A stretch of DNA of 64,000 nt from an uncultured Bacilli bacterium (lineage in GTDB: Bacteria > Bacillota_I > Bacilli_A > RFN20 > CAG-826). The stretch is taken from positions 5,617-69,616 of the forward strand of contig CALVOX010000007.1 of assembly GCA_944350425.1 (NCBI GenBank), read 5' to 3'. The notes under the pieces were generated by a model, which made no database searches, was not told the origin of the DNA, and was given only the letters and a program-made list of their open reading frames with translations. Of the stretch, positions 62,189 through 64,000 are shown piece after piece. The first letter of the stretch is position 1. Each line of letters opens with the position of its first letter. The position numbers and the translations under genes were made by a program.

Positions 62189-63022
62189 ATGAAGTATAAA
62201 ATTATTGTAGATTCATCATCGAATTTAACGAAAGATTATTTAGATGGTGAAGAAAATATTCTTTTTGCCGTAGCACCTTTAAAAATGAATTTTGGCGGGA
62301 AAGAATATGTTGATGATGAAAAACTTGATGTTCATCAAATGCTAGTTGATTTATCAAAATGCAAAGAAGTTCCGCATTCTTCTTGCCCATCACCACAAGA
62401 TTTTTTATCAACTTATGAAGGAGCAGATAAATATTTAGTATTTACTATTTCAAATAAACTTTCAGGTTCTTTTAATAGTGCAAGAATTGCTAAAGATATG
62501 TTCGAAAATAAAGATGATGTATTTTTACTTGATTCAAAACTTGTTGCTGGATCAATCGAACTTTTAGTTATTGAAGCTGTTAAATTAATTAAAGAAGGAA
62601 AATCATTTGAGGAAATTAAAGCTTCTTTAACTGAATTCCGTGATAAGATGCAACTTTTATTCGTTTTAAATAAATTTGATAACTTAGTAAAAAATGGACG
62701 TGTTTCTAAAATTACTGCATTTATTGCTAATTTAGCTAATATTAAGCCACTTTGTTATGGAGAAGATGGTGAGATTAAAATTAAAGAAAAGATTAGAAGC
62801 GTTGAAGGGGCTTTAAAAAGATTGGTTTTTAATATTGGAAAGATGTGTGAAGACTTTAAAAATAAAGTTTGTATTATTTCTTATACCGAAAATAAAGACG
62901 AAGCAACTTCTTTAGCTTCGATGATTCAAACAAAATATCCTTTTAAAGAAGTAAAAGTTGTAGCTAATAGAGGACTATGTTCTTTCTACGCTTTAGAAGG
63001 TGGAATTATTTGTTGCTTTTAG
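62189..63022 (+). CDS. DegV-family fatty-acid-binding protein
   Basis: MKYKIIVDSSSNLTKDY. Confidence 0.8.
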   Translation: MKYKIIVDSSSNLTKDYLDGEENILFAVAPLKMNFGGKEYVDDEKLDVHQMLVDLSKCKEVPHSSCPSPQDFLSTYEGADKYLVFTISNKLSGSFNSARIAKDMFENKDDVFLLDSKLVAGSIELLVIEAVKLIKEGKSFEEIKASLTEFRDKMQLLFVLNKFDNLVKNGRVSKITAFIANLANIKPLCYGEDGEIKIKEKIRSVEGALKRLVFNIGKMCEDFKNKVCIISYTENKDEATSLASMIQTKYPFKEVKVVANRGLCSFYALEGGIICCF

Positions 63023-63031
63023 ATTAGATAA

Positions 63032-63856
63032 ATGGAAAAAGTTTTACTTTTACAAAAGTATAAGATTAAAGAAAGAATTTACAATAAAAAGGATTTAATA
63101 ACTTCAATAGTTTTTAAGATTCTTAATATTTTAATTTGCACTATTTCATTAACTCTTTTTGTTATTGTAAATAAAGAATATATTGATGAAGGCTTATTTT
63201 TTACTTATCTTGAATTTGATGTGAATATATTAATTATTTTAATTTCGGTAATCTTTTTAGTATTGGATTTAATATTTCTTTTAACTAAAAAGGATTTTAG
63301 TAAAAGATGGCTATATTTAAGCAAATTTATTATTCTTGGTGGAAGTTTTAATGCTTTTTTATATTTTGTTCCAACTTTTATTACGATGGTTTTGAATATA
63401 AATGACCCATTAACAATAATTTCGTATATTTTTAATAGTTTTTTAACTTGTCTTATTTTTACTCTAGATTTTGTGATTAACGATTATTCTTTTACTACAA
63501 GAAGAGCTCATATATATTTACTTCTTATTATTCCTTTAATTTATATCGTTATTTTTGCAATTTTAAGTATCGGATTTGATGTTCATTGGCCATTATTTAT
63601 AAGCAAAGGTAGTTTAAAAGAATCGTGTGCTCCTTATCCTTTTTTAAATTATGAAATAAATACATGGTTTGATAATAAATTTACATTTAGTGAATTTGAT
63701 GATGGCCATTATGGTTTTTCAACCTTCTATTTATTATTTTGGACAATACCTTTTAATTTAATTTATGGCTTTATTATCTTAAAAATTAAAAATAAACGTC
63801 TAATTAAAAAATATGAATTAGATATTCCAAATACTGGTTATTATCAAGAAATATAA
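63032..63856 (+). CDS. hypothetical polytopic membrane protein
   Basis: ORF track. About six predicted TM helices. Confidence 0.4.
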   Translation: MEKVLLLQKYKIKERIYNKKDLITSIVFKILNILICTISLTLFVIVNKEYIDEGLFFTYLEFDVNILIILISVIFLVLDLIFLLTKKDFSKRWLYLSKFIILGGSFNAFLYFVPTFITMVLNINDPLTIISYIFNSFLTCLIFTLDFVINDYSFTTRRAHIYLLLIIPLIYIVIFAILSIGFDVHWPLFISKGSLKESCAPYPFLNYEINTWFDNKFTFSEFDDGHYGFSTFYLLFWTIPFNLIYGFIILKIKNKRLIKKYELDIPNTGYYQEI

Positions 63857-63859
63857 GTT

Positions 63860-63886
63860 TTAGCACTCTCTCTTGACAAGTGCTAA
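63860..63886 (+). promoter_or_regulatory. CIRCE element (HrcA operator) TTAGCACTC-N9-AAGTGCTAA overlapping the -35
   Basis: Matches TTAGCACTC-N9-GAGTGCTAA with one mismatch. Confidence 0.7.
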
Positions 63887-63900
63887 AAGGAAGTTATAAT
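63873..63900 (+). promoter_or_regulatory. sigma-A promoter TTGACA-16 nt-TATAAT
   Basis: Read directly. Confidence 0.6.
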
Positions 63901-63941
63901 ATTCCGTAGTTGCTAATCCAACAAAGGAGGTTGCTTTAATT

Positions 63942-64000
63942 ATGGAAGATTATTCAAAAGATAAAGATATATTAGAAAAATTTGGTAGAAATATTACTAA
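63942..64000 (+). CDS. clpB: 5' end of a Clp/Hsp100 ATPase gene (likely clpB), truncated by the window
   Basis: RBS AAGGAGG. MEDYSKDKDILEKFGRNIT resembles the ClpB ...LEKYGRDLT start. A CIRCE operator lies upstream. Confidence 0.45.
   Translation, partial: MEDYSKDKDILEKFGRNIT

Overview
This is a low-GC (~28%) bacterial chromosome segment that uses the standard genetic code. TGA serves as a stop codon, for example at the tgt/queA junction. The long ribosomal-protein operon has Firmicutes/Mollicutes-like order and its proteins carry Mollicutes-style terminal extensions, which points to an Acholeplasma/Erysipelotrichia-like wall-less or reduced-genome Firmicute rather than to Mycoplasma or Spiroplasma. 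The back half of the window is compact housekeeping: queT-tgt-queA-queH, corA, the S10-spc-alpha operon from rpsJ to rplQ, spx, ppnK, rnj, def, rsmD-coaD, proS, two tRNA-Ser genes, pfk, udk, degV, and a CIRCE-regulated clpB start. The front 17 kb is accessory. It carries three paralogous ~1000-aa surface lipoprotein genes at 5064-7709 (-), 8700-11687 (+) and 11815-14835 (-). Their 5' ends are identical: 5'UTR, signal peptide, lipobox Cys, and a short collagen-like Gly-X-Y tract. They sit in inverted and direct orientations immediately next to a tyrosine site-specific recombinase at 15086-16288 (-). Only the middle copy has a clear sigma-A promoter. One copy is split by an in-frame TAA, and another lies behind two tandem terminator hairpins. 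I read this as a candidate DNA-inversion (shufflon-like) antigenic or phase-variation system, and it is the strongest candidate for the undescribed system. The second finding is a natural fusion of epoxyqueuosine reductase QueH to a family-2 glycosyltransferase inside the queuosine salvage operon. Other items are a membrane-anchored double-HTH/leucine-rich-repeat (LRR) regulator paired with a membrane endonuclease I, operator-like palindromic repeats, a possible preQ1-type leader, and a CIRCE/HrcA operator.
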